In this document: piece by piece, positions 16,529 through 24,285 of the stretch
Layout of the letters: every line of letters begins with the position of its first letter
How positions within the stretch are numbered: the first letter of the stretch is position 1
Assembly (NCBI GenBank): GCA_002782865.1
Contig: PFJC01000004.1
Coordinates: forward strand, 1 to 43,102
Origin: Candidatus Uhrbacteria bacterium CG_4_10_14_3_um_filter_41_21
GTDB lineage: Bacteria > Patescibacteriota > Patescibacteriia > UBA9934
Reading direction: 5' to 3'
Length of the DNA stretch: 43,102 nt
Position numbers and translations under genes: made by a program
Notes under the pieces: generated by a model
The model's database searches: none
The model's input: only the letters and a program-made list of their open reading frames with translations
What the model was told of the DNA's origin: nothing

Positions 16529-17740
16529 ATGAACAACCCATTCGAAAATGCCTTAAACCAAATCCGACGAGCAGCGAGTTTGGCTAGCATCAATCAAGAA
16601 GTGCTCGATGAGTTAAGTGTACCAATGCGCGAAGTGCGCGTTGCCATTCCTTTTGTTCGTGACAATGGTGAGTTACAAATTTTGGAGGGCTTTCGCGTGC
16701 AACACAATAACTGGCGCGGACCGTTTAAAGGGGGAATCCGCTATCATCAAAATGTTGATATTTTTGAGGTGAAAGCACTGGCCACTTGGATGACATTCAA
16801 GTGTGCAGTGGCCGGCATTCCAATGGGAGGTAGTAAGGGCGGCGTGACTTTTAATCCAAAAGAATATAGTGAGGCTGAGCTTGAAAAAATTACTCGCGGT
16901 TGGACCCGTGCCATGAAATCATTAATCGGACCGGAAATTGATGTACCAGCGCCAGACGTTAACACCACTCCCCAAGAGATGGCTTGGATTGCCGACGAAT
17001 TTGGTAGCCCGGCTGTGGTAACCGGCAAGCCGATTGCCAACGGTGGCAGTGAGGGGCGGGGAACTGCGACAGCAACTGGCGGATTTTATGTTTTGGAAGC
17101 GCTAGTCGAAAAGCTTGGACTCGGAAGCGAGGACAAAAAAGTAATTGTTCAAGGTTTTGGAAACGCTGGCAGGATTATGACCGAGATTTTATTTGCCAAA
17201 GGCTGGAAGGTGATTGCCACTTCAGATTCAAAAGGCGCAATTTTCAACCCGGAGGGACTTGATATCAGCGCGCTTGGAGCTCACAAAGATGCAACGCGGA
17301 GCGTTCAGGATTTCAGCGGCGCTCAAAATCTGACAAATGAAGAAATGTTAGAGCTTGAGTGTGATGTGTTAATTCCAGCGGCTCTTGAAAATCAAATTAC
17401 CGAAGCTAACGCCAGTAACATCAAAGCTAAGGCGATTATGGAACTAGCCAACGGCCCAACCACACCGGAAGCAGATGACATTTTGTTTGGTCGGGGCATT
17501 AATGTTATCCCTGACATTTTAGCCAACTCGGGTGGCGTGACCGTAAGTTATTTTGAGTGGGATCAGAATATGAAAGGCGAGCATTGGAGTGAAACCAAAG
17601 TTGATGATAGACTAAAGACAACGATGCGCGAGGCCGCCAGTGCTGTTTGGGAGCGCAAGGAAAAATATTCAACTGATTTGCGTCGCGGCGCATTTACTCT
17701 CGCGCTTGAGCGCTTGTCTGATGCTCATCCTAACAGCTAA
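16529..17740 (+). CDS. Glu/Leu/Phe/Val-family amino-acid dehydrogenase, most likely glutamate dehydrogenase
   Basis: GGIRYH, catalytic-lysine box PMGGSKGG, Rossmann VIVQGFGNAG. Confidence 0.85.
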   Translation: MNNPFENALNQIRRAASLASINQEVLDELSVPMREVRVAIPFVRDNGELQILEGFRVQHNNWRGPFKGGIRYHQNVDIFEVKALATWMTFKCAVAGIPMGGSKGGVTFNPKEYSEAELEKITRGWTRAMKSLIGPEIDVPAPDVNTTPQEMAWIADEFGSPAVVTGKPIANGGSEGRGTATATGGFYVLEALVEKLGLGSEDKKVIVQGFGNAGRIMTEILFAKGWKVIATSDSKGAIFNPEGLDISALGAHKDATRSVQDFSGAQNLTNEEMLELECDVLIPAALENQITEANASNIKAKAIMELANGPTTPEADDILFGRGINVIPDILANSGGVTVSYFEWDQNMKGEHWSETKVDDRLKTTMREAASAVWERKEKYSTDLRRGAFTLALERLSDAHPNS

Positions 17741-17775
17741 TAGCTATCCCGCTATAAGCTATTATCTACTAACAT

Positions 17776-18111
17776 ATGCAAATCATCACCCCCCAAAAAT
17801 TAAAAGAGGAAATGGACCAAGAAACTCCTTGTTGCATTGTTGATCTTCAAGAGCCGGATAAATATGAACATTCTCACATTCCGGGCGCAGTTAACGTTCC
17901 GGTTGAGCAGTTTGATAATGGTTATCAGGAATATTTGAAAGATAAGGATATGGTGGTTGTGGTTTACGGTGAGTTTGATGAGCTGGGAAAAGGGACAAAA
18001 GCGGCCGAGACATTGGAGGCTGATGGTTATCAAAGGGTCGGCCGGCTTGAGGGTGGAGTGATGGGTTGGAAAGAGGCGGGTTTCCCGACCGAAGGGGGGA
18101 TTGAGTCCTAA
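17776..18111 (+). CDS. rhodanese-homology domain protein lacking the catalytic cysteine
   Basis: Rhodanese fold pattern (EY..GHIPGAVN ... GG..GW). The active-site loop reads VVVYGEFDELGKG instead of C-x4-R. Confidence 0.7.
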   Translation: MQIITPQKLKEEMDQETPCCIVDLQEPDKYEHSHIPGAVNVPVEQFDNGYQEYLKDKDMVVVVYGEFDELGKGTKAAETLEADGYQRVGRLEGGVMGWKEAGFPTEGGIES

Positions 18112-18121
18112 AATTAATTGA

Positions 18122-18150
18122 TTGACAAAAAAGCGACTTCTTGCTAGTGT
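18122..18150 (+). promoter_or_regulatory. sigma70-like promoter at the left edge of the high-GC island
   Basis: Consensus TTGACA (18122-18127), 17 nt spacer, TAGTGT (18145-18150). GGAG at 18192-18195 lies 5 nt before the ATG at 18201. Confidence 0.5.
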
Positions 18151-18200
18151 GAGGGGTCGTTTTTCGTTTTGGGGGACGACAATCTCAACCTGGAGCGAAG

Positions 18201-18506
18201 ATGTCTGACAAGATCCGTGTGCGTGTGAAGGCCAACACCCATCGCAACCAACCCGTGGTCGTTGAAGTCGAGATCAGCGATTTCAATGATCCCCGACTCA
18301 CCGAACTCGTTCAGGGCTCGAAGGTCAAGATCGAGATCGAGATCGAAGAGCCGACGGAGGCGCAGGCGTCGCTTCTCGGGCGGCTCATGTTCTTGAGCTC
18401 ACCGGATGCCGTGGCCGACATTGGCAAGTCGGTTCCGCCCTCGACGCGCAAGACCGAGGATTTCCCGGTCGAAGTCATGATCCTGAACCTGCGCAAGCCG
18501 GTTTAA
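18201..18506 (+). CDS. upstream part of an RNA polymerase alpha-CTD-like gene (unknown N-terminal domain), ends at in-frame TAA
   Basis: GC-rich codon usage. The C-terminal residues ILNLRKPV align with the start of the alpha-CTD motif. Same reading frame as 18522-18758. Confidence 0.5.
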   Translation: MSDKIRVRVKANTHRNQPVVVEVEISDFNDPRLTELVQGSKVKIEIEIEEPTEAQASLLGRLMFLSSPDAVADIGKSVPPSTRKTEDFPVEVMILNLRKPV

Positions 18507-18521
18507 GTCCTCGAGCCCTCG

Positions 18522-18758
18522 GTGCGTGCTGCAAACAGAATCGAGGATCATTTTGATGGCATGCGAATCGACGAGATTCCGCTCTGGAGGGTCTGCGAGC
18601 TGGGCGAAGACGAGATTCTCAAGCTGAAGAACTTCGGTCGGTCGAGTTTCAAGCAAACGAAAGAGGCTCTCGACGAGCTCGGCCTCCGTCTCGGCATGAG
18701 GGATTTCATCGAGGAGCACAAGATCGAGATCCTTCGTCAGGAAACCGACCCCGACTGA
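18522..18758 (+). CDS. RNA polymerase alpha-subunit C-terminal-domain (HhH)-like segment
   Basis: VRAANRIED...LKLKNFGRSSFKQTKEALDELGLRLGM compared with E. coli RpoA CTD [10 protein letters not shown]...[28 protein letters not shown] (from memory). Only a GTG start and no RBS are available. Confidence 0.55.
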   Translation: MRAANRIEDHFDGMRIDEIPLWRVCELGEDEILKLKNFGRSSFKQTKEALDELGLRLGMRDFIEEHKIEILRQETDPD

Positions 18759-18760
18759 TC

Positions 18761-18824
18761 GACGCCAACGAGGCGTCATCGTCTGCCCGATCACTGTTAA
18801 CAGGTGGTCGGGTATTTGTTTTGT
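18761..18824 (+). terminator. two hairpins and a T-tract closing the island gene
   Basis: GACGCC-AACGA-GGCGTC (18761-18777). CCCGATCACTG-TTAA-CAGGTGGTCGGG (18786-18812) is followed by TATTTGTTTTG. Confidence 0.55.
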
Positions 18825-18829
18825 CCGAG

Positions 18830-18847
18830 CACATGAACCGCCCCTAC
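18830..18847. repeat. half unit of the CCCCTAC palindromic family
   Basis: CACATGAACCGCCCCTAC. Confidence 0.6.
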
Positions 18848-19055
18848 GATTTCCTCTCCCCATTCAGAGGAGGCCGATAGGCCGACGAAGAATCTCTTTG
18901 TGTCTCCACCCCGGACCTGCCTGCCCGTCCGAAGCCCGAAGGGCGAAGGCGGGTTCCGGGGCCCAGCGACTTTCGTTAGGCACCGGCACTACGGCCGGTG
19001 TGGAAATGAGGGAGGGAACGATTGTGAGTAAAGTGAAGCAATCTCAATTCTTAAC

Positions 19056-19081
19056 GGGCGGACACATGGGTCCGCCCCTAC
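19056..19081. repeat. full unit of the CCCCTAC palindromic family
   Basis: GGGCGGAC-ACATGG-GTCCGCCC followed by CTAC. Confidence 0.8.
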
Positions 19082-19111
19082 GGTAATCAATTTCGTACAT
19101 CCAATTCGATT

Positions 19112-19135
19112 GGACACGGCATGCCGTGTCCCTAC
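19112..19135. repeat. variant unit of the CCCCTAC palindromic family
   Basis: GGACACGGCATGCCGTGTCC is a perfect 20-nt palindrome, followed by CTAC. Confidence 0.7.
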
Positions 19136-19136
19136 G

Positions 19137-19164
19137 TCCAACATCCAACATCCAACTTCCAACA
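19137..19164 (+). repeat. tandem heptamer array TCCAAC(A/T) x4 directly upstream of leuS
   Basis: TCCAACA TCCAACA TCCAACT TCCAACA, then a degenerate TCCTATC. Confidence 0.85.
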
Positions 19165-19217
19165 TCCTATCCCCAAACATTGCACCCAACCCAAATTTCA
19201 GCTAATATTCATTTACT

Positions 19218-21971
19218 ATGTACGACCACAAAGACATCGACAAAAAATGGCAAAAGCGCTGGGAAGACGAAGGCGCCTTTAAGGCCGAAGATGAATCAGA
19301 TAAACCAAAATATTATTGTCTGATTGAATTCCCATACCCTTCGGGCGACGGCTTGCATATGGGGCATCCGCGCAGTTACACAGCACTCGATGTGGTGGCG
19401 CGTAAAAGGCGAATGGAAGGGTACAATGTCTTGTATCCAATCGGCTGGGATGCTTTTGGTCTGCCAACAGAAAATTATGCTATCAAAACCGGTCGTAAAC
19501 CCCAAGATGTAACTCGCGAAAATACTGATACTTTTCGTCGTCAGCTCAAATCTTTAGGATTGAGTTTTGATTGGTCGCGGGAAATCAACACTACCGATCC
19601 GCAGTATTACAAATGGACCCAGTGGATGTTTTTGGAATTTTTCCGCGCCGGTTTGGCTTATAAAAAGAAGATGCCGATTAATTGGTGTTTGAGTTGTAAG
19701 ATTGGTTTGGCAAATGAAGAAGTTGTAGACGGAACTTGCGAGCGCTGTCATGGACCAGTTGAAAAACGCGATAAGGAGCAGTGGATGATTGCGATCACCA
19801 AGTATGCGGACAGACTTTTGACAGACCTCGACACAGTCGACTATCTACCAAAAATCAAAAAGCAACAGCAGGATTGGATTGGAAAATCCGAAGGGGCGGA
19901 GGTTGATTTTGAAATCGAGTCATCCAACATTCAACATTCAACATCCAACAAACTGAAAGTTTTTACAACTCGCCCCGACACTTTGTTTGGCGCAACCTAT
20001 ATGGTACTTGCACCGGAGCATGAACTTGTGAAAAAGATCACGACTGAAGAGCAGAAGTCTGAAGTTGAAAAGTATGTTGCTACGGCGCGAAAAAAATCAG
20101 ACATCGAGCGTGGCGATGCCACCAAAGAAAAAACCGGCGTGTTCACGGGTGCTTATGCCATCAATCCGGCCAGCAACGAAAAGATTCCAATTTGGGTAGC
20201 CGACTATGTAATGATGGGCTATGGCACTGGGGCGATTATGGCTGTCCCGGCGCATGATGAAAGGGATTTTGAGTTTGCCAAGAAGTTTGATTTGCCGGTT
20301 AAGCCAGTAGTAATCAAAGACCAGGATCAGAGCAGAAGTTTTGTGATGGGAGTAGACGAATCAGAAATAAAAAAACTAGGAATTACAATTGTTGAAAAAA
20401 CAGATGATGGTTTTTACAAGATTTTGATCCCGTTTGATCGAATTAATGCTTATAAGGAGTTTATTCGTGAAAAAATGCAGCCAGGGTTTTGGAACGAGTT
20501 CAGCACTTCCAATGGTTTCTATTTTGTCTTCAAACACAAGGATGGTCGATTAGAAGAAATGGAGCTCAACGCTGAAACCAATGATTTGATTGATAAGTAT
20601 GGGATATTATTTAACGATGAGGCGCCAAGAGAAAAGCCGGAGAACGTGTACTTGTGGTTGGCGAAAAATAGTTTTTACGGGGAGATTCTTATTCATACCG
20701 AGGTTGGCGTTGCTATTAATTCCGACTTTCTCAACGGACTTTCGACCGCTGAAGCCAAAGATAAAATGATAACTTGGCTTGAGGAAAATGGAAAAGGGAA
20801 GCGAGCGATTAACTACAAACTTCGCGATTGGGTGTTCAGTCGTCAGCGATATTGGGGTGAGCCGATTCCGCTTATCAATTGTGATAATTGCGGTTGGGTG
20901 CCGGTGCCAGTTTCTGATCTTCCAGTTGTATTACCAGAAGTCGATAAGTATGAGCCAACAGACGATGGGGAGTCGCCACTTTCAACAATCACAGATTGGG
21001 TTAATACAACTTGTCCAAAATGTGGCGGACCAGCAAGGCGGGAGACAGACACCATGCCCAACTGGGCGGGATCGAGTTGGTATTTCTTGCGTTATACCGA
21101 CCCGCACAACAATAAAGCGTTTGCGGACACGGACAAGCTCAAGTACTGGACACCGGTGGACCTTTACAATGGGGGGATGGAACACGTTACACTCCATCTG
21201 CTCTATTCTCGTTTCTGGCACAAGTTTCTATTTGATCGCGGGCACGTCCCAACGAGTGAGCCATACGCTCGTCGTCATTCACACGGTTTGATTTTGGCCG
21301 AAGACGGCAGAAAGATGAGTAAGTCACTGGGCAATGTTGTTAATCCGGACGAGATAATTGGTGAATTTGGTGCTGACTCACTTCGAGTTTACGAAATGTT
21401 TATTGGTCCATTTGAAGAGCCGGTGCCTTGGAACACAAATGGTTTAATCGGGGTGCGAAGGTTTTTGGATAAAGTGATGAAACTTGTGCCACTCATAGGA
21501 GGCAGTGAGCCAGAGTCAGTTACACGCGCACTGCATAAAACAATTAAGAAAGTTACCGAAGATATTGAAGGATTTAGGTTCAATACGGCTGTGTCGCAGA
21601 TGATGATTTTTGTAAACGAAGTAAACTCAGATGGGCAAATTTCAGAAAAGAGCTTAATGGAATTTGCGAGAATCCTTTGCCCATTTGCACCACATGTTGC
21701 CAATGAAATGGCTTTCAAGCTTGGAGCTCAGGATTTACTAGAAACTCATTCCTGGCCTAAATACGATGAAAGTTTAACTGTAGATGACACTGTTACCATC
21801 GCCGTTCAAGTAAACGGAAAATTGCGTGCAACTATCGTGGTTCCACTAAACATCTCTCAAGCCGATGCGGTTGAGAGTGCAATGAAACAAGTAAATGTGG
21901 CTAAGTTTGTTGAAGGAGAACCTAAGAAAGTTATTTATGTAAAAGGCAAATTAATTAACTTTGTTGTCTAG
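19218..21971 (+). CDS. leuS: leucyl-tRNA synthetase with an extra ~110-aa insertion after the editing domain
   Basis: HMGHPRSY (HIGH), TTRPDTLFGATY editing domain, AVPAHDERDFEFA, KMSKSLGN. Confidence 0.95.
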   Translation: MYDHKDIDKKWQKRWEDEGAFKAEDESDKPKYYCLIEFPYPSGDGLHMGHPRSYTALDVVARKRRMEGYNVLYPIGWDAFGLPTENYAIKTGRKPQDVTRENTDTFRRQLKSLGLSFDWSREINTTDPQYYKWTQWMFLEFFRAGLAYKKKMPINWCLSCKIGLANEEVVDGTCERCHGPVEKRDKEQWMIAITKYADRLLTDLDTVDYLPKIKKQQQDWIGKSEGAEVDFEIESSNIQHSTSNKLKVFTTRPDTLFGATYMVLAPEHELVKKITTEEQKSEVEKYVATARKKSDIERGDATKEKTGVFTGAYAINPASNEKIPIWVADYVMMGYGTGAIMAVPAHDERDFEFAKKFDLPVKPVVIKDQDQSRSFVMGVDESEIKKLGITIVEKTDDGFYKILIPFDRINAYKEFIREKMQPGFWNEFSTSNGFYFVFKHKDGRLEEMELNAETNDLIDKYGILFNDEAPREKPENVYLWLAKNSFYGEILIHTEVGVAINSDFLNGLSTAEAKDKMITWLEENGKGKRAINYKLRDWVFSRQRYWGEPIPLINCDNCGWVPVPVSDLPVVLPEVDKYEPTDDGESPLSTITDWVNTTCPKCGGPARRETDTMPNWAGSSWYFLRYTDPHNNKAFADTDKLKYWTPVDLYNGGMEHVTLHLLYSRFWHKFLFDRGHVPTSEPYARRHSHGLILAEDGRKMSKSLGNVVNPDEIIGEFGADSLRVYEMFIGPFEEPVPWNTNGLIGVRRFLDKVMKLVPLIGGSEPESVTRALHKTIKKVTEDIEGFRFNTAVSQMMIFVNEVNSDGQISEKSLMEFARILCPFAPHVANEMAFKLGAQDLLETHSWPKYDESLTVDDTVTIAVQVNGKLRATIVVPLNISQADAVESAMKQVNVAKFVEGEPKKVIYVKGKLINFVV
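19933..19960 (+). repeat. second heptamer array T(C/T)CAACA x4, inside the leuS reading frame
   Basis: TCCAACA TTCAACA TTCAACA TCCAACA, translated as SNIQHSTSN. Confidence 0.85.
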
Positions 21972-22029
21972 TTGTCCACCCCAGCTCTTGACCGAGCTCT
22001 ACAACCATGATGTATTAAATAGCGAAGAC

Positions 22030-22069
22030 AAAACTCCCTCCCTGCTTTCGGGGAAGGGAGTTTTAGTTT
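22030..22069 (+). terminator. intrinsic terminator after leuS
   Basis: AAAACTCCCTCCC-TGCTTTC-GGG(A)AGGGAGTTTT followed by AGTTT. Confidence 0.65.
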
Positions 22070-22085
22070 ACTGCAGATTTTTTAT

Positions 22086-23411
22086 ATGTTTAAAATCACA
22101 CCCAGTCGAGTTCTCCGAGTTGTTTGTGTAAGTTTTTTATTTCTAACAATTCTGCTGGCGCTTACTTTTGATCATCAATCTAAAGTATCGGATTTTTATG
22201 GTCAAAGTGTTCGAATATCTGGAACAATTGTTGATATTGATTACTCTGAAACGCGTCAGAAAATTATTGTCTATTACTTATTAATTGATGACGCTGAAAT
22301 AAAAGATCGAATTATAATCTTTGCCCCACTTTATCCGCCGTTGTCTTATGGTGATCTAATATCAACCCGTTGTCTGCTCGAAAAACCAGAACCTTTTGAG
22401 GAATTTCGTTACGACAGATATCTAGCTGCAAAAAAAGTTTACGCCACCTGTTTTGTAAATAGCGTTCCACTTAAATTAGATTCAGGAAAAGCAAATCAGA
22501 TTAAAGATATAATTTTAAGATCGCGCGCGTTATTTATCTCTCATCTGGATAAAACTTTCGGTGAACCTCACGGCTCATTGCTGGCCGGATTGTTGCTTGG
22601 TGAACAAAGATTTACCGATGAATGGCAAGAAAAGTTTTTACGAACCGGAACAACTCATATTGTGGCGGCCTCCGGCTACAATGTTTTTGTAGTTGTGTAT
22701 TTAATGACAGGCTTATTGGCTTCATTTGGCATTAAAAGATCGCGCGCAATTTCTTTAATGGTCGCCTCGGTTGTTTGCTATGTAATTTTAGCCGGAGCCG
22801 ACGCGGCTGTGGTTCGCGCCGGCGTAATGGGGATTTTAGTTTTGCTTTCAAGATATTTGGGTCGAAGCTCAACCATGGTAAATGTTTTATTGATCACGGC
22901 CAGTCTGATGTTGCTTGAAAATCCGTTGATGATTTTTGATGTTGGCTTTCGCTTATCAATGTTTTCAACCATCGCGCTGATTTATCTTGCGCCGGTAATC
23001 GACAAGAAGTTGAAATTTATCCCAAAGACTTTTGAAATTCGCTCATCAATTTCGGCCACACTGTCAGCTACATTTATGGCATTGCCAGTGATTCTTTTAA
23101 GTTTTAAAAGTTTTTCATTTGCAAGCATAATTACAAATCTTTTAATTTTGCCGTTTATTCCATATGTGATGGGGTTAGGGGCGCTGGCAGTTGCGACAAG
23201 TTTTTTAAATGTTCAGATAGCGGCGATTGTTAGCGGACCGGCTTGGGCGATTCTGTCAGTCATGCTTTGGGTGATTAAAACAGTGTCAGATTTACCGCTG
23301 TTTATTTCCAATATTCCAGTGTGTATATCGGTGGTCGTCACAATAATTTGGATTACTAGCGTTTATATATTATGGAAATTGATTGGAAAAAAATACTACG
23401 CCTTTGTTTAG
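22086..23411 (+). CDS. comEC: ComEC/Rec2 DNA-uptake channel: N-terminal OB-like region plus transmembrane competence domain
   Basis: FLRTGTTHIVAASGYNVFVV competence-domain motif with many TM helices. It ends inside an A7 tract that overlaps the next ORF. Confidence 0.8.
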   Translation: MFKITPSRVLRVVCVSFLFLTILLALTFDHQSKVSDFYGQSVRISGTIVDIDYSETRQKIIVYYLLIDDAEIKDRIIIFAPLYPPLSYGDLISTRCLLEKPEPFEEFRYDRYLAAKKVYATCFVNSVPLKLDSGKANQIKDIILRSRALFISHLDKTFGEPHGSLLAGLLLGEQRFTDEWQEKFLRTGTTHIVAASGYNVFVVVYLMTGLLASFGIKRSRAISLMVASVVCYVILAGADAAVVRAGVMGILVLLSRYLGRSSTMVNVLLITASLMLLENPLMIFDVGFRLSMFSTIALIYLAPVIDKKLKFIPKTFEIRSSISATLSATFMALPVILLSFKSFSFASIITNLLILPFIPYVMGLGALAVATSFLNVQIAAIVSGPAWAILSVMLWVIKTVSDLPLFISNIPVCISVVVTIIWITSVYILWKLIGKKYYAFV

Positions 23412-24229
23412 CTCTGTTTTGGCTGATGGCGATTTTTGTCTGCGCTCAAGGTTTTGTTTCCGGAACTTTATTTTCAGACGAGCGGATTTCAGTTTGGGTT
23501 TTTGATATTGGACAAGGCGATTCGATTTTTATTGATGCGCCTAATGCTCAGGTTTTAGTTGACGGCGGACCAACAAGTGAGGTAGTTGAAAAGCTAACAA
23601 GTGTTTTACCGTTTTGGGATAGAAAGCTTGATTTGATAATTAATACTCATCCACACGCTGACCATGTGACTGGTTTGGTTTCAGTTTTGCAAAGATACCA
23701 AGTTAAAGAAGTTTGGGTGAGCGGACAGGAATATGATTCTGATGTATTTGAATATTTTGAAAAACTTGGCGAAGTCGAAGTTGTGGGCGCCGGCGCAATT
23801 TATAATCTTGGCGCCGGCGCCACCTTGGAAATAGTTTGGCCTGAAGTATCTGTCGAAAATCAAATTTTTGAAGATCCAAATGACGATTCATTAGTTGCGA
23901 TTTTAGTTTATAACGGAACTCGAATATTGCTAACGGGTGACATTGGTTTTGAACAGGAAAATCAATTAACAGAAATTGGCGATATTGATATTTTAAAAGT
24001 TGGTCATCATGGTAGCAGCTCGGCCACCGGTTCTTTATTTTTGGAATCAATAACTCCAGAATATTCAATAATTTCAGTAGGTATTAACAATTCATATAAC
24101 CATCCGAGTCCGGTTACACTCGACCGTCTTCGTTTAATTGGCTCACAAATTTTTAGGACTGATACTCAAGGCGATATACATATTTTGCTAGATAAAGAGG
24201 GTTATAAGGTAACAAGTTTTGAATTGTGA
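23372..24229 (+). CDS. comEC: ComEC C-terminal metallo-beta-lactamase domain as a separate ORF
   Basis: One TM helix, then VWVFDIGQGDS, INTHPHADHVTGL and KVGHHGS motifs. Confidence 0.8.
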   Translation: MEIDWKKILRLCLALFWLMAIFVCAQGFVSGTLFSDERISVWVFDIGQGDSIFIDAPNAQVLVDGGPTSEVVEKLTSVLPFWDRKLDLIINTHPHADHVTGLVSVLQRYQVKEVWVSGQEYDSDVFEYFEKLGEVEVVGAGAIYNLGAGATLEIVWPEVSVENQIFEDPNDDSLVAILVYNGTRILLTGDIGFEQENQLTEIGDIDILKVGHHGSSSATGSLFLESITPEYSIISVGINNSYNHPSPVTLDRLRLIGSQIFRTDTQGDIHILLDKEGYKVTSFEL

Positions 24230-24285
24230 TTTTTGACTCATTAATATCTTTCTGCTAATATTGCCTCAAATATCATAATATTTAT

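Noticed and set aside
18399-18863. 154-aa minus-strand ORF, and other long antisense or alternate-frame ORFs in the track (for example 10932-11420, 31414-31989, 15875-16216, 20779-21291, 3555-3887, 3866-4084).
   Set aside because: They overlap well-supported genes or tRNAs on the other strand or frame. They have low-complexity or Arg/Ser-rich composition and lack motifs. They are typical shadow ORFs, and the first is a by-product of the GC-rich island.
18909-18981. Integron attC site suggested by the long imperfect palindrome and a GTTAGGC core (18975-18981).
   Set aside because: No matching inverse core (RYYYAAC) lies at the other end, there is no integrase, and there are no cassette-like ORFs. 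The 7-mer match is easily due to chance.
18830-19217. T-box riboswitch leader upstream of leuS.
   Set aside because: There is no T-box consensus (AAnnAGGGTGGTACCGCG-like) and no recognisable Stem I specifier or AG-bulge motifs. The region is built of repeat units instead.
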